Below, piece by piece: positions 11,501 to 22,497 of a stretch of DNA of 64,000 bases. Origin of the DNA: an uncultured bacterium. Its GTDB lineage: Bacteria; Bacillota_I; Bacilli_A; RF39; UBA660. The notes below the pieces were generated by a model. It was not told the origin of the DNA. It did not search any database and was given only the letters and a program-made list of their open reading frames with translations. A program made the translations under genes and the position numbers. The DNA is taken from assembly GCA_945935525.1 (NCBI GenBank), contig CAMERI010000002.1, positions 188,482-252,481 on the forward strand, in the 5' to 3' direction. How positions within the stretch are numbered: the first letter of the stretch is position 1; each line of letters opens with the position of its first letter.

Positions 11501-11813
11501 TCATAACTAGTTCATCATTAGTTATCTCATTTACTAAATCTTTCCAGAAAATAGTATAAAATGCATCTAATGTACCGGTATTTTCTATAGTGATTGTTTT
11601 TGTAGCTTTCCATCCTGGACTTATGTTTACTCCATTAATTGCTGTACCATCAGTATAAGTTAAACTTAATGTACCTGTTTGTACTACTTGGTCTTTTACA
11701 TCTTTATTAACTAAAGTTGCTGCAAAATATGCATATGAGAAACCAATTGTCGCTAAAAATAAAAATACTATTCCTATTCCAAATACTATTTTTTTATCAT
11801 TTAAATTTTTCAT
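8574..11813 (-). CDS. large secreted/cell-surface protein with about 30 BspA-type leucine-rich repeats
   Basis: N-terminal TM/signal segment; central array of about 23-aa repeats ([22 protein letters not shown]); a 26-aa module [26 protein letters not shown] occurs three times. Confidence 0.8.
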   Translation of the reverse strand: MKNLNDKKIVFGIGIVFLFLATIGFSYAYFAATLVNKDVKDQVVQTGTLSLTYTDGTAINGVNISPGWKATKTITIENTGTLDAFYTIFWKDLVNEITNDELVMSLECESSTDTCATINFQNKTVPSSKNAISENIIIYPGEVQTITLNFEFKELNKAQDYNQGKKFNGVINIEDSTKLAFQTEYTMYTRVVDQNDNPLANMTVELHSDVKSGITDENGYVRISGIVSGKHELYVKDSNGNTLDTKNIEITQKKESNITNDSIIYIDSSLTEFTNTIKLTEDNKLDSIENLIVPPDECFGVSGSAIIEYYSNTNDKCPKELIIPSKVNGVKITSLEKKHYACSYYSNVFAGRGLKKVIIPDTIENISYDAFKDNDLTNIDIPKSVKNIGNGAFNNNQLEDLQAIIYKRNNDGSEDKTTIVSYGGKNKKVEIPNGVTSIGGYAFSNNKLTSVTIPNSVTTIEGNAFSNNNLTSVTIPNGVTSIENSAFSNNKLTSVTIPNGVTSIEGNAFSNNKLTNVTIPNSVTTIEYGVFSNNKLTSVTIPDSVTTIRSNAFSNNNLTSVTIPNGVTSIENSAFSNNKLTSVTIPNSVTSIGGSAFKNNKLTSITIPNGVTSIGSYTFKNNELTSITIPNSVTSIGGSAFANNNLASITIPSSVTSIGIYAFSNNKLTSITIPDSVTSIGNWAFENNELTSITIPNSVTSIGSSAFENNKLTNINISKSVKSIGHSAFNNNQLEDSQAFIYKRNTDGSEDKTTIISYGGKNKEVKIPNGIKTIGSSAFEKNNLASVIIPNSVTSIGSSAFENNNLTSVIIPSSVTSIGENAFRANKLTSLTISSGVTSIGNSAFSDNKLTNLTIPNSVTTLGNYAFLNNNLTSVTLSNKITSIGIYAFSNNNLTSITIPNSVTSIGNYAFANNKLTSITLPSSVTTIGNSAFANNKLTSITIPNSVSSIQEQAFNNNELSDSQAFIYKRNTDGSEDKTTIVSYGGKNKNIIIPSGVTTINSHAFESNNLTSVTIPKSITSISWDAFRNNNLKQVTIQGKSSSNEFTTYSPGWGWASDVTCVKNNTSNVTNGCVTWGAK
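8890..10560 (-). repeat. tandem 69-bp coding repeats (LRR units) inside the surface-protein gene
   Basis: Units of the form cctattgatgttacac(t/c)atttggtattgttacacttgttaatttattatttgaaaatgc recur many times; this periodicity generates the spurious plus-strand ORFs 9311-10519. Confidence 0.7.
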
Positions 11814-13002
11814 AATTACTTCCTTTCATTATTCTTACTTGTTCTTCATTATAGAAATAATCTTTACTATATGATGTGAAGTTAGATAACTTTTTCTTTT
11901 TTAAATTTAGTATTCTAGTTACTGATTCATTAATCTTGTTTTCTAACGTTGGATCTTTTGATACTAGTTCTGTAATAATATTTATTGCATTTGTTGAATT
12001 AGATGGCATTATGAATAAGTCTACTCCTGCCTCAATTCCATATTTATATATTTCTTCTTCTGTATAATTATCCGATAGAGCTTTCATATTTATTGCATCT
12101 ATCATAACTACTCCGTTGTATCCTAATTCATTTCTTAAGAAATCAGTTATTATTTCTTTTGAAATTGAAGCTGGTTTATCTGAAAGTTTTGGATAAGTGG
12201 AGTGTCCTAACATAATCATATCAATACTACCCATTTGTTTTATAAATGGAAGTGCATCACTTTTTAGTAGTTCTTCCTTTGATTTATCTATTATCGACAC
12301 ACCATCGTGCGTATCTATTTTGGCACTTCCAATTCCAGGAAAGTGTTTATATACTGAAATCACTCCTTGACTTTCTATTCCTTTTCCTATGCTTGATGCC
12401 ATTTCAAAAACTTTATTTGGATCACTACTAAATGCTCTATCTTCAGTTGTCTTTCCTTTTATATCCATTACTGGAGCAAATACTGTATTTAACCCTAAAC
12501 TTCTTGATTGCTCCGCAATTATTTTACCTATGTTATAGGCATATTCTTTATCATTAGTTTTTCCTACTGTTTCAGCACTTGGTATATCTAGTGTTTTATC
12601 ACTCATATATTTTATTCTTTGTACGTTTCCACCTTCTTGGTCAACACACATAAATAGTGGTATTGCTGTATAACTATTTATTTTTTCAACAAACTCTTTT
12701 GTTTTCTCGTAAGTTGTAAAATTTTCTCCTTGTACTATAAAGCCACCAGGTTGGTTCTTAATAATTATATTTGATAAAGTATTATCAACATAATCTGATG
12801 TATAACCAACTATTAACATTTGAGCAATTTTTTCTTCTAAAGTTAAATCATTAGCTGTTACACTTTCTAGAGTATATTTACCTTCGAATGCTTTTTTATC
12901 ATTATAGTTATTTTGTACTTTTGCAACTAAAATTGCTGTTATAGTTACAGCAATTATTATAGATATAATTATTATTAATACTTTCTTTTTCATACTTCTC
13001 AT
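11797..13002 (-). CDS. glycoside hydrolase family 3 beta-N-acetylhexosaminidase (NagZ-like), membrane-anchored
   Basis: N-terminal TM; GH3 N-domain motifs KHFPGIGS...DTHDG. Confidence 0.7.
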   Translation of the reverse strand: MRSMKKKVLIIIISIIIAVTITAILVAKVQNNYNDKKAFEGKYTLESVTANDLTLEEKIAQMLIVGYTSDYVDNTLSNIIIKNQPGGFIVQGENFTTYEKTKEFVEKINSYTAIPLFMCVDQEGGNVQRIKYMSDKTLDIPSAETVGKTNDKEYAYNIGKIIAEQSRSLGLNTVFAPVMDIKGKTTEDRAFSSDPNKVFEMASSIGKGIESQGVISVYKHFPGIGSAKIDTHDGVSIIDKSKEELLKSDALPFIKQMGSIDMIMLGHSTYPKLSDKPASISKEIITDFLRNELGYNGVVMIDAINMKALSDNYTEEEIYKYGIEAGVDLFIMPSNSTNAINIITELVSKDPTLENKINESVTRILNLKKKKLSNFTSYSKDYFYNEEQVRIMKGSNYEKFK

Positions 13003-13727
13003 AAATCTATAAATTCTACTTCATCTTTTTTATCTAGTTCAGTTGTGAATTTACTTTGTGGTTTCTTTTGTTCCTCAGGTTCTTCTTCTACTGGTTTTGG
13101 TGGCTCTACTTGTTCTATTGGTTTAAACATATCTTCTTGTGGTGTAGATTGTTTTAATTTTTCCATTCCAAGTAAATCTACTTTAGCTGCTTTATACGGA
13201 GCTACTTCTTCCATCATCTCTATGTCTGATTTAAAAATAGAATCTACATGAGGTTTTTCTTCTATAGGAGCATTGTTCTCTGCTTTTATTTCCTCTTGAG
13301 TCATTAAGTTTATACTTTCACCTTTAGCATTATCAAGTGCTTTAAAGTATTCTTCGTCATTTAGTTTGTATGCTTTGTCTCCGAATGCTAACATTGGATA
13401 AAAAACTATTGGTAGAACTACTAAGCCTATTTTGTAAAACATAGAAGTATTAAATGCAGAACCTAATCTATAAAATAATATTGATAAAACTACTACATTT
13501 ACGATTGGAACAAAAAATAATATTCCTAGGAATGTTGATGTTTCTGTTATATCTAATAATGTAAATAGATTAACTAAAGGATAGAATGCTGTTGATTCTT
13601 TTTTAGAGGCTTTTTTGAATAAATTCTTTCCACCTACCATAACTAATATAGATCTTGTGAATGTCATAGATAACATTACTAGTGCAATTGTTACAAAAGT
13701 ATTGATTGTTGATACCTCTATCCTCAT
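12999..13727 (-). CDS. membrane protein with acidic C-terminal tail, unknown function
   Basis: Several TM helices followed by an E/P/K-rich tail; 4-nt overlap with the downstream gene. Confidence 0.45.
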   Translation of the reverse strand: MRIEVSTINTFVTIALVMLSMTFTRSILVMVGGKNLFKKASKKESTAFYPLVNLFTLLDITETSTFLGILFFVPIVNVVVLSILFYRLGSAFNTSMFYKIGLVVLPIVFYPMLAFGDKAYKLNDEEYFKALDNAKGESINLMTQEEIKAENNAPIEEKPHVDSIFKSDIEMMEEVAPYKAAKVDLLGMEKLKQSTPQEDMFKPIEQVEPPKPVEEEPEEQKKPQSKFTTELDKKDEVEFIDL

Positions 13728-13828
13728 AAATTTCCTCCTATTTTCATATTAATTTTACAATAAAAGGCTTATTTTTGCAATATTTTATAAAATTTATTAA
13801 AAATGTTTATATTTTTGTTAAAAAAGTG

Positions 13829-13857
13829 TTGCATTATTAGAAAAAATACTGTATTAT
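13829..13857 (+). promoter_or_regulatory. sigma-A-type promoter for the tRNA-Ile/tRNA-Glu pair
   Basis: TTGCAT, 17-nt spacer, TATTAT; about 30 nt upstream of the tRNA 5' end. Confidence 0.45.
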
Positions 13858-13887
13858 TAAGTAGTCAGCCGATTAAGTGGCGATTAG

Positions 13888-13964
13888 GGGCCTGTAGCTC
13901 AGCTGGTTAGAGCGTTCGTCTGATAAGCGAAAGGTCGATGGTTCAAGTCCATTCAGGCCCACCA
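13888..13964 (+). tRNA. tRNA-Ile (anticodon GAT)
   Basis: Cloverleaf with 7-bp acceptor stem GGGCCTG/CAGGCCC, anticodon loop CTGATAA, encoded CCA. Confidence 0.9.
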
Positions 13965-13973
13965 TTAATAAAT

Positions 13974-14049
13974 GGCCCGTTGGTGAAACGGTTAACACAC
14001 ACGCCTTTCACGCGTGCATTTATGGGTTCAAATCCCGTACGGGTCACCA
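13974..14049 (+). tRNA. tRNA-Glu (anticodon TTC)
   Basis: Acceptor stem GGCCCGT/ACGGGTC, anticodon loop CTTTCAC, encoded CCA; close to Bacillus tRNA-Glu. Confidence 0.9.
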
Positions 14050-14059
14050 TTTGAATATT

Positions 14060-14083
14060 AGTTCTCTATTGAGAACTTTTTTT
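14060..14083 (+). terminator. Rho-independent terminator after the tRNA pair
   Basis: AGTTCTC-tatt-GAGAACT followed by TTTTTT. Confidence 0.6.
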
Positions 14084-14145
14084 ATGTGTTAAAAGCCATT
14101 TATTAATGGTTTATTTTTTTATATAAATTAAAAAGAAATGTTTCA

Positions 14146-15435
14146 TTACATTTCTTTTAGTGTTTTTACTAAGTCATCTATTTTAACTAATTCTTGATTA
14201 CCAGTTATCATATCTTTAAGAGTTACTGAGTTTTGTTTAAGTTCATCTTCTCCAATGATAATAACTTTATCAATATTTTCTCTATTAGCAGTATTCATAG
14301 CTTTCTTTAGTTTTATATTATTAAGTTCTGTAAGTACTCTATATCCATTTTCTCTTAACATACTTGATATTTCAAATAAGTTTTTATCATTTGTGAATGC
14401 ATATACATAAATATCATATTTCTTTAATGTTTCTGACCATTTTTCCTTTAATAAAGCATAAATAGGTTCTAAGCCAAATGACATACCTATAGCTGGATAT
14501 TCTTCTCCATTGTGTAAGAATTTAGTTATAATATTATCATATCTTCCTCCTCCACCTAGAGCTGACTTAAATTCTCCGGTTCTATCAAATACTTCCCATA
14601 CACATCCAGTATAGATTTCAAGTCCTCTTGCTAAGAAAGGTTTAAATACACATATATCTAAATTTAAATCTTTAATTAGTTTATTTAAATCATTTAGTTC
14701 TTTTAATCCTTCACTTAAAAGTTCTACGTTTGTATCTTTAAGTTCATTAGTCAATTCATCTAAACTCAATTTAAAGTATTCAAATATCTTATCAACATTT
14801 TCTTTAGAAGTACAATCTTCTAGTTCTTCTTCAATGTCTTCTCTTTCTAGTTTATCTAGTTTATCAACTAATGTAATGAACTCTCCAACTCTTTCTTTTG
14901 GTACATTACAGTATTCTAAAAGCCCACTTAAGAATTTTCTATTGTTGTATCTTATTTCAATATCAATATCAAATTTTTGGAATGCTTCTTTTACCATCAT
15001 AAAGTATTCTATTTCTGCATAAGGTGATTCTGTTCCACAAGCATCTACATCACATTGATAAAATTCACGTGCTCTTCCTAGTTTAACAGGACCATCTCTA
15101 AATACTTTACCTATTTCATATCTTTTGAATGGTAATATTAGTCCTTTATTCATACCAATTACTTTTGAGAATGGTACAGTTAAATCATAACGTAAACCTA
15201 TATCTCTAAGTCCTTGATCTTTAAATTTATATACTTCTTTTAGTATTTCAGCTCCACCTGCATATTTACTCGCTAGTAAATCATAATAACATAATATTGG
15301 TGTCTCAAGTGGTAAGAAACCATATTTTTCAAATGTACTTTTTAAGGTATCAGTGATTTTATTTCTAATAATTTGTTCTTCTGGTAAGAAGTCACTAGTA
15401 CCTTTAAGATTCATTAATTTAAATTCTTCTTTCAT
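14146..15435 (-). CDS. hisS: histidyl-tRNA synthetase
   Basis: Class II aaRS motifs including GGGGRYD; C-terminal anticodon-binding domain. Confidence 0.85.
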   Translation of the reverse strand: MKEEFKLMNLKGTSDFLPEEQIIRNKITDTLKSTFEKYGFLPLETPILCYYDLLASKYAGGAEILKEVYKFKDQGLRDIGLRYDLTVPFSKVIGMNKGLILPFKRYEIGKVFRDGPVKLGRAREFYQCDVDACGTESPYAEIEYFMMVKEAFQKFDIDIEIRYNNRKFLSGLLEYCNVPKERVGEFITLVDKLDKLEREDIEEELEDCTSKENVDKIFEYFKLSLDELTNELKDTNVELLSEGLKELNDLNKLIKDLNLDICVFKPFLARGLEIYTGCVWEVFDRTGEFKSALGGGGRYDNIITKFLHNGEEYPAIGMSFGLEPIYALLKEKWSETLKKYDIYVYAFTNDKNLFEISSMLRENGYRVLTELNNIKLKKAMNTANRENIDKVIIIGEDELKQNSVTLKDMITGNQELVKIDDLVKTLKEM

Positions 15436-15893
15436 TATCTACTTCTTCCTTCACTTATTTTTTCTTCATAAATTGAACCATTCATATAGTTCATATATAA
15501 TTTTTGATTATAATTCTTTTTAAATTCTTCTTCAATAATTATTAATTTAGTAAGCAGAGCTTTATATTCACTTACTTTCATATATTCTTTATATTTTTTA
15601 ATAACTATTCCTTTTAATTTATTTATTTCATCTAGTACCATACCTACGTCGCCTTCAGTGGTATCTTCATCATTTAATATACGTAACATAAATTTAATAA
15701 CTCTATCTATCTTTTTATTTATTCTTTGTTTTATATAGGCATCTCTAAGTTCTGGGTCAATTAGTATTACTTTTTTGGCTTTGATAGTAAGTCCTGGAAC
15801 ACCATTTTTAGGTTCGACGTTAAGACCTACCATATTAACACTATAGTATACTAGTTTCATATCTTTGCCATTTTTTTCTATTACGTATTTCAT
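15435..15893 (-). CDS. hypothetical protein (152 aa)
   Basis: ORF between trmD and hisS; no recognisable motif. Confidence 0.35.
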   Translation of the reverse strand: MKYVIEKNGKDMKLVYYSVNMVGLNVEPKNGVPGLTIKAKKVILIDPELRDAYIKQRINKKIDRVIKFMLRILNDEDTTEGDVGMVLDEINKLKGIVIKKYKEYMKVSEYKALLTKLIIIEEEFKKNYNQKLYMNYMNGSIYEEKISEGRSR

Positions 15894-15902
15894 TTTACCA
15901 CC

Positions 15903-16562
15903 CTATAATAAATCGTCTCTATATTCCTTTGTTATTCTTCTTCTTTCACTTTCTCTATATTCATTAATAAGTTTATGGTTACCATTTACTAGTACTTCTG
16001 GTACTTCCATTCCTCTAAAATTTCTTGGCTTAGTATATACTGGATAATCAAGTAAGTTATCATTGAAACTTTCAAACTCTAAACTTGTACTTGTTATAAC
16101 TCCATCTATTAGTCTTACTACTGAATCTGTTATCATCATTGATGGAAGTTCTCCTCCCGTTAAGATGAAGTCACCTATTGATATTAGTTCATCTGCTAAA
16201 GTGTATATTCTTTCATCAAATCCTTCGTAGTGTCCGCATATGATTATTAAATGTTTTTTGTCTTTTAATTCATATGCTTTCTTTTCATTATATGTTTTTC
16301 CTCTAGGTGTTAAAAGTATTACATGTGAATCCTTTGTTTTAATACTTTCTACTGCATTAAATACTGGTTCACACATCATAATCATTCCACCACCGCCACC
16401 AAATTGATAGTCATCAACTTGATTATTTTTATATGGTGTATAGTCTCTTATATCTATTATATTTATTTCTACTTTTCCTTTTTCAATGGCTCTTTTCATT
16501 ATACTTTCTGTTAAGAATCCGTCAAACATATGAGGAAATAGTGTTAGTATATCTATTTTCAT
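15903..16562 (-). CDS. trmD: tRNA (guanine37-N1)-methyltransferase
   Basis: IDILTLFP...GGGGM...ICGHYEGFDER motifs of TrmD. Confidence 0.9.
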   Translation of the reverse strand: MKIDILTLFPHMFDGFLTESIMKRAIEKGKVEINIIDIRDYTPYKNNQVDDYQFGGGGGMIMMCEPVFNAVESIKTKDSHVILLTPRGKTYNEKKAYELKDKKHLIIICGHYEGFDERIYTLADELISIGDFILTGGELPSMMITDSVVRLIDGVITSTSLEFESFNDNLLDYPVYTKPRNFRGMEVPEVLVNGNHKLINEYRESERRRITKEYRDDLL

Positions 16563-17038
16563 AAGAATACTCCTATATCATGAAAATGTATTTCTCTATT
16601 TTGTTTATCTATTTTAGATATAAAGTCTTTATTATATGGAACAAGTTTATCATTAACTCTTACATTCTTATTACCATTGTCTTCTCTATATTCAGTTATA
16701 GTTCCAACTAAAGTATTATCATTATATGCTTTCATGCCAATTAATTCTTCAGTTAGAATCTCATCATCGTTAAGATGTAAATCTTCTTCATTTATAAATA
16801 CGCTTGCGCCTTTATATTTAATAACATCATTAATATTATCTATACCAACGAATTTAACCATATCATATTGTTTATGTCGTCTATATGTTTCGATTACTTC
16901 TTCAGTTTTTAAATGTCCTACATATAGTTTAAATCCTTTAGTGAATACTTTATCTTTAAATTCAAAATTACTTAATATTCTTATTTCGCCCTTAAGGGCA
17001 TGTGTATTAGTCACCTTTCCTATGTAAATAAATCTCAT
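16559..17038 (-). CDS. rimM: 16S rRNA processing protein RimM
   Basis: N-terminal GKVTNTHALKGEIR RimM signature; immediately upstream of trmD. Confidence 0.85.
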   Translation of the reverse strand: MRFIYIGKVTNTHALKGEIRILSNFEFKDKVFTKGFKLYVGHLKTEEVIETYRRHKQYDMVKFVGIDNINDVIKYKGASVFINEEDLHLNDDEILTEELIGMKAYNDNTLVGTITEYREDNGNKNVRVNDKLVPYNKDFISKIDKQNREIHFHDIGVFL

Positions 17039-17050
17039 AATAATTCCCCT

Positions 17051-17776
17051 TTATTTATATAAATGATATAAGACTATAGATGCTGAAACACCAACATTTA
17101 AACTTTCACATGATGGGTTCATATCTATTCTAATAATTTCATCACACTTACATAGAATATTTTCTCTTACACCATTACCTTCGTTTCCAAATATTATAGC
17201 AAATTCCTTTATTTTTTCAAGTTCTTCAAGTGATTTTGATTTTTTTAATGAAGTTCCTACTACTTTTATATTCTTTTCTTTTATTTTATCTATTAATTCT
17301 TCTAAGTCACCAATTATAATATTTGTATTATATATCATACCACCAGTACTTCTTAGTACTTTTTCATTATATGGACTAACTGAGTCTTTTGAAAATATAA
17401 CTGTGTCTGCATCAAATGCTACGCTTGATCTTATTATAGTTCCTGCATTACCTGGATCTTGTATATTGTCAAGTATTACTATTTTATTTCCAATTTCACT
17501 AGTATTATGTATCTTTGAAACTCCTAAAAGTCTTGGAGTACTTTTTAAATCACTTATGCTTTTCATAACATCTTCTGTTACATAATCATAGTTAAAGTCA
17601 TAATTACAAGCAGTACCTTCTAAAACATATAACTCTTTTAACATATGATTTTTAATAGCTTCTTCTATTAAGTTTTCACCTTCTATTACGAATAATCCTT
17701 TTTCTAAAGAGTATTTCTTAGTTAGAAGTTTTCTTATTTCTTTTATTCTATTATTATCTTTAGATGTTATAAGCAT
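17051..17776 (-). CDS. TrmH/SpoU-family RNA 2'-O-methyltransferase
   Basis: SPOUT motifs ILDNIQDPGNAGTIIRS and LNVGVSASIVLY. Confidence 0.8.
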   Translation of the reverse strand: MLITSKDNNRIKEIRKLLTKKYSLEKGLFVIEGENLIEEAIKNHMLKELYVLEGTACNYDFNYDYVTEDVMKSISDLKSTPRLLGVSKIHNTSEIGNKIVILDNIQDPGNAGTIIRSSVAFDADTVIFSKDSVSPYNEKVLRSTGGMIYNTNIIIGDLEELIDKIKEKNIKVVGTSLKKSKSLEELEKIKEFAIIFGNEGNGVRENILCKCDEIIRIDMNPSCESLNVGVSASIVLYHLYK

Positions 17777-17777
17777 A

Positions 17778-18413
17778 TTATTCCTCCTTTAGTACTTTAG
17801 TATTTTCTTTATAATTTGGTTTATATTTCTTAACATATTTCCAGAAGTTTTTTGAATGATTAAATTCTAAGAAATGACATAATTCATGAATAATAACATA
17901 ATCTATTTCATCTATACTATATTTAATTAATTCAGAATTTAATTTTATAAGTTCTTGTCTTTTATTACAATAACCCCATTTTCTTTTCATTTTACCTATC
18001 ATTACTTTAGGATAAGGAATATCTTCCTCAAATAAATTATAACATATTTTTGCTCTTTCATTAAATATTCTTTCACATTCATTCTTTAGAAAAGTATTTA
18101 AGTATGTTTTGTTTTTAACAAACACTTGGTTTCCTACGAATTCTATTTTAGATATAGTGTTTAGAACTACTACATCATAACTATTTCCTAGATAGTAGAA
18201 TTCTTCATTCTTTTTTTCTTTTCTTTGTACTGTTTCATACATTCTAATTATATCTTCTTCATTTTTCATTATGAATGATTTAATCATAGAGGCAGTTACA
18301 AAGTAATTACAAGAAATATATATACCATCTTTTTTAACTCTTAGATACATATTCTTATTATTTTTTCTTGTTATAAATACGTTAAATGTTTGATTATTTA
18401 GTGTTATTGTCAT
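17778..18413 (-). CDS. YgjP/DUF45 (SprT-like) zinc metallohydrolase
   Basis: C-terminal HELCHFLEFNHSKNFW motif. Confidence 0.7.
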   Translation of the reverse strand: MTITLNNQTFNVFITRKNNKNMYLRVKKDGIYISCNYFVTASMIKSFIMKNEEDIIRMYETVQRKEKKNEEFYYLGNSYDVVVLNTISKIEFVGNQVFVKNKTYLNTFLKNECERIFNERAKICYNLFEEDIPYPKVMIGKMKRKWGYCNKRQELIKLNSELIKYSIDEIDYVIIHELCHFLEFNHSKNFWKYVKKYKPNYKENTKVLKEE

Positions 18414-18485
18414 AATGTTTCCTCTGGTAGTATTATATCATTTTTCAAGACATTTAAAAAGCATTCGTATGTGAATGCTTAATCT

Positions 18486-20027
18486 TTATAAATTTGTTTC
18501 AGTTTCTATTGGTGTCTCTACTACTGGTGGTGTTAGTTCTGTTTCTTCTACTGGTTCATCTCTTTCAATAGTTAATTCAGTTGTTTCACCTTCAGTACTG
18601 TTATCTTCTAGAACTGTTGTATCTTCATTTGTTTTATCTTGTTCTTTCCATTTAGCTACTAATTCGTTATCAGTATTATCTTCTGGCTTGTAGTTTTCAT
18701 CTACATCAACTAATGTTTCATTTCCTTCTTCATCAGTTTCTTTAGTTTGCCATCCATCAAATTCTTTTTCAAGTTCTTCTACTGAGTCACCAACTTCTAT
18801 AGTTTCATTTTCTCCTGCTTTAGCTTTAGCATCTGATAATCTTATTTGATCTTCAAGTGCTTCTTTAACTTCATCAGGAACTACTTCTTTAGCATTTGGA
18901 TTAGTTTTATCAACTTTTACAAAATATGTTGGAGCTTCAATTCCTACTTCATCAGGTGTTGGTAAATTATAATCTCCTAAGTCTTCAGTAGTCATGCCTA
19001 CAGTTACAAGTTCTCCTTCACTTTCATAAATTACTTTAGCTGTTCCAACTACCATATATAAATCGATATCACTAGTTAAATCAATTTTTTGATTTTGTTG
19101 ATATTTGATAACTTTACTATCTTTGCTTGTACTATAGCCAAGTAGTTTCATTCCTTCTGGAACTGAAGCACTAAAATCAAATAATTGAACTGGAAGTTCA
19201 TCCTTTGATTGAATATGTTGAACTTCTGATAATTCACCGTTAAGATTATAGTATCTTATTACATATCCATCTACTATTTTAGCATATAGATAAATTTCAT
19301 TATCTGAGTTTGCTATTTTTGTCAAGTTTCTTCCTAAGTAATCAACTTTTTCTCCATCAAAGTTTGGAGTTGTATACCATCCTTCAAATAATCCAGTTTC
19401 AAGTTCTGCGTCACTTAAAGCTACTTTACCACTCTTAACTGTGTATTCTTTTGGCGAAGTTGTTTCTCTATCATAAATAATCTTATAAGTAGTAAAACTA
19501 CAACTAGTATAAATATTAGTGTTTTCTGTTATAGTCTTAGTAAAATCAAATTCACTAGTTAACTTTTCATCACTATAATATTTACAAGAATCATAACCAT
19601 ATGGTAAATATGGCCTTACTTTTCCATCTTTAGCTTCTACTGTATAGATACTATCATCATCTAATAAATTGAATGATACTACATAAGTTTTTTCTTCATC
19701 TTCTTTAGTAGTTGTATCATTTGATTTAGTAGTTACTTTTCTAATTACTGTTTTAGTAGTATTTGTTTCCTCCTTCTTGTCATCTTCTTTTATTTTGTCA
19801 TCATCGACTGGAACTATTACGTTATCTTTTGGTTTAGATGGATCTTTGTCATCTTCTTTTTTCTCACAACCAACAAGAAGTCCAATAATAGTACCAATAA
19901 TTACTAAGATTGCTATTGCTACAAAAATAATAACTCTGTTGTCACTATCGTCATCAAGAAAATTATCTTCAATCTTTACTACTTTTACAGCAGGGCTCTT
20001 CTTAGTAACTTTCTTACTATCTTTCAT
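18486..20027 (-). CDS. membrane-anchored acidic (D/E/K/T-rich) protein, unknown function
   Basis: Single TM followed by a lipobox-like LVGC; long charged low-complexity regions. Confidence 0.45.
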   Translation of the reverse strand: MKDSKKVTKKSPAVKVVKIEDNFLDDDSDNRVIIFVAIAILVIIGTIIGLLVGCEKKEDDKDPSKPKDNVIVPVDDDKIKEDDKKEETNTTKTVIRKVTTKSNDTTTKEDEEKTYVVSFNLLDDDSIYTVEAKDGKVRPYLPYGYDSCKYYSDEKLTSEFDFTKTITENTNIYTSCSFTTYKIIYDRETTSPKEYTVKSGKVALSDAELETGLFEGWYTTPNFDGEKVDYLGRNLTKIANSDNEIYLYAKIVDGYVIRYYNLNGELSEVQHIQSKDELPVQLFDFSASVPEGMKLLGYSTSKDSKVIKYQQNQKIDLTSDIDLYMVVGTAKVIYESEGELVTVGMTTEDLGDYNLPTPDEVGIEAPTYFVKVDKTNPNAKEVVPDEVKEALEDQIRLSDAKAKAGENETIEVGDSVEELEKEFDGWQTKETDEEGNETLVDVDENYKPEDNTDNELVAKWKEQDKTNEDTTVLEDNSTEGETTELTIERDEPVEETELTPPVVETPIETETNL

Positions 20028-20125
20028 TTAACCCTCCTATAGTATTAGCTTTAAGCTATCTACTCTCATATTCATTATATAAAATTGTTCAAGTGTAAAT
20101 CAATATACATTGTAAATATTTTGTA

Positions 20126-20148
20126 AATAAAAAGAGCTTTACGCTCTT
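20126..20148 (-). terminator. Rho-independent terminator after ftsZ
   Basis: AAGAGC-tttac-GCTCTT, followed on the minus strand by TTTTTATTT. Confidence 0.5.
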
Positions 20149-21205
20149 AGAAATCTCTATTTCTTAGGAATGCTGGCATTTCAAGTTCTTCGTCATCTTC
20201 TATTTCTTGAATTGCTTTCTTTTCTCCTTCGATTGATCTATATAGTGGTTCAGTTGAATCTTCAAACCCTGTTGCAATTACTGTAACTACTATTTCATCA
20301 GTAAGTGCTTCGTTGATAACTGCACCAAATATAATGTTTACATCTGTATTTGCTACTGCTCTTACAACTTCTACTGCATCTTCTGCTTCGAATAATGTCA
20401 TTGAGTTACCACCAGTGATATTTACAATACAATCTGTTGCTCCATTAATAGTTTGTTCAAGTAATGGACTATTTACAGCTTGTTTTGCAGCTTCTACTGC
20501 TCTATTATCACCGAATCCAACACCTATTCCAATAAGTGCATCTCCTCTATCTTCCATTATTGTTCTAACATCAGCAAAGTCTAAGTTTACAAGTCCTGGA
20601 ACACTAATTAAGTCAGATATAGATTGAACACCTAATCTAAGTACGTTATCTACTTCTTTGAATGCAGCATTTAATGGTGTACTTCTATCTATCAAGTCTC
20701 TTAATTTATCATTTGGAATTACTACTATAGTATCTACATGTTTTCTAAGTTCATCTAAACCTACTAAAGCATAATCCATTCTTTTCTTACCTTCGAATTT
20801 GAATGGTTTTGTAACTATAGCTACTGTTAAGCAACCTAGGTTTTGAGCTATTTCAGCAACTACTGGAGCAGCACCTGTACCAGTACCACCACCAAGTCCA
20901 CAAGTTACGAATACCATATCTGCTCCGCGTAAAGAATCTTCAATTTCTTCTTTAGCTTCAAGTGCAGCTTCTCTTCCTACTTCTGGTCTTGTTCCAGCTC
21001 CTCTTCCTTTAGTTATAGTTTTTCCTAATTGTATTTTGTGTTCTGCATGGGAAACATTTAATACTTGTTGATCAGTATTTGCTACGATAAATTCAACACC
21101 ACGAAGTCCTGAATCTATCATTCTGTTTACAGCATTACATCCACCGCCACCGACACCAATTACTTTTATGTCAGCTATTTGATCCATCTCTAGTTTATTA
21201 TTCAT
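20147..21205 (-). CDS. ftsZ: cell division GTPase FtsZ
   Basis: [13 protein letters not shown] and GGGTGTG tubulin signature motifs. Confidence 0.95.
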   Translation of the reverse strand: MNNKLEMDQIADIKVIGVGGGGCNAVNRMIDSGLRGVEFIVANTDQQVLNVSHAEHKIQLGKTITKGRGAGTRPEVGREAALEAKEEIEDSLRGADMVFVTCGLGGGTGTGAAPVVAEIAQNLGCLTVAIVTKPFKFEGKKRMDYALVGLDELRKHVDTIVVIPNDKLRDLIDRSTPLNAAFKEVDNVLRLGVQSISDLISVPGLVNLDFADVRTIMEDRGDALIGIGVGFGDNRAVEAAKQAVNSPLLEQTINGATDCIVNITGGNSMTLFEAEDAVEVVRAVANTDVNIIFGAVINEALTDEIVVTVIATGFEDSTEPLYRSIEGEKKAIQEIEDDEELEMPAFLRNRDF

Positions 21206-21215
21206 ATTTCACTCC

Positions 21216-22451
21216 TTAATCGTTGAAAAAATATCCATATATTTTTCCGAGTACTGTATTATTATTAGATTTCTTTATATTAATTAATTCTTCTTGCAAA
21301 TTCTCATCAACTGTGTATGCAAGCTTATTTCTAAAAGCCAATTTATCATGATAGTATTTGATAAGACCTAATGAACTAGAGTATTTATTACTTCTACATC
21401 CAATCTCATTTACGTGATATCTTTCCATCTCTCTTCCAAATACTTCATCAACTACTAAGTTAAAATCATTAACTTCAGTTGTTCCCCCTGTAAATATTAT
21501 ATAACTTATTTCCAACTTTGTTAAGAGGTTTATTTGCTTTTTAGTAAGGTCTAATAACTCTTTTATTCTAGAACATATTATCTCACTAATCTCATATTGA
21601 TTTATTTTAATATTTTCTTTAGAGTTTGTCAACACGTCCTCACTCCAACTAGTTGATGCATTTCTCTTACTAGCAAGAGCAAATTTTTCTTTTAACTCTT
21701 TAGCTTTCTTTCTACTTATATCATATATATAACAAATATCTCTGTCAATATTTTTGCCACCTACTTCGATATTTTCTGTGTCTACTAATATTCCTTTTTT
21801 GAAAATACTTACTTCTGTTTTTTCTTCTCCGATGTTTACTACTGCCACGTTTTTAGAATCTAATGTTTTAGTTTTGAATTCGTAATAGTCGGCTACACTT
21901 CCAAAGTTTATGTCTACTATTCCTACTCCAATACTATCTAGTAACGATACTGCAGCATATACATTCTTTTTAGGAGCTAAACTCATTACTGCTTTGCATC
22001 TTAGCACTTTTGCTTGTTTTCCTTTTGGATCTTTTGTTTTTTCTTCATCATCAAGCATAAATTCTATAGGCATAATTGATACAAATTCTTTATTGTTTGG
22101 TACTTTGTTGTAAACACATGATTGAAGTACTTTTACTATGTCATTTCCCGTCACTATTGAGTCTTCACTTTTGATATTTGTTTTTCCTTCTACCATAACG
22201 AACTCTGCATAGTATGATGGAATTGTTAATACTACTTTATTTATTCTTATATTTAGCATTTCTTCACATCTATTAAATACTTCTTTTAATGATATTAATG
22301 TTTCTTCTGGGTTTACTATAATACCTTTTTTAACTCCCTTTGATTTTACTTCAGATACAGCAAGAACGTGTACTTCGTTTTCGTACACTTCGCCTACTAC
22401 TAACTTAACTGTAGAACTACCAATATCTAAACTTGATATTATTTCTTTCAT
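21216..22451 (-). CDS. ftsA: cell division protein FtsA (start probably MKEIISSLDIG)
   Basis: Actin-fold N-terminus LDIGSSTVK; the position upstream of ftsZ is conserved; AGGAGG RBS sits before the internal ATG at 22451. Confidence 0.85.
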   Translation of the reverse strand: MKEIISSLDIGSSTVKLVVGEVYENEVHVLAVSEVKSKGVKKGIIVNPEETLISLKEVFNRCEEMLNIRINKVVLTIPSYYAEFVMVEGKTNIKSEDSIVTGNDIVKVLQSCVYNKVPNNKEFVSIMPIEFMLDDEEKTKDPKGKQAKVLRCKAVMSLAPKKNVYAAVSLLDSIGVGIVDINFGSVADYYEFKTKTLDSKNVAVVNIGEEKTEVSIFKKGILVDTENIEVGGKNIDRDICYIYDISRKKAKELKEKFALASKRNASTSWSEDVLTNSKENIKINQYEISEIICSRIKELLDLTKKQINLLTKLEISYIIFTGGTTEVNDFNLVVDEVFGREMERYHVNEIGCRSNKYSSSLGLIKYYHDKLAFRNKLAYTVDENLQEELINIKKSNNNTVLGKIYGYFFND

Positions 22452-22497
22452 GTATCCTCCTATAATCATTATCATTATATCAAAAATTTTTTTTTTT

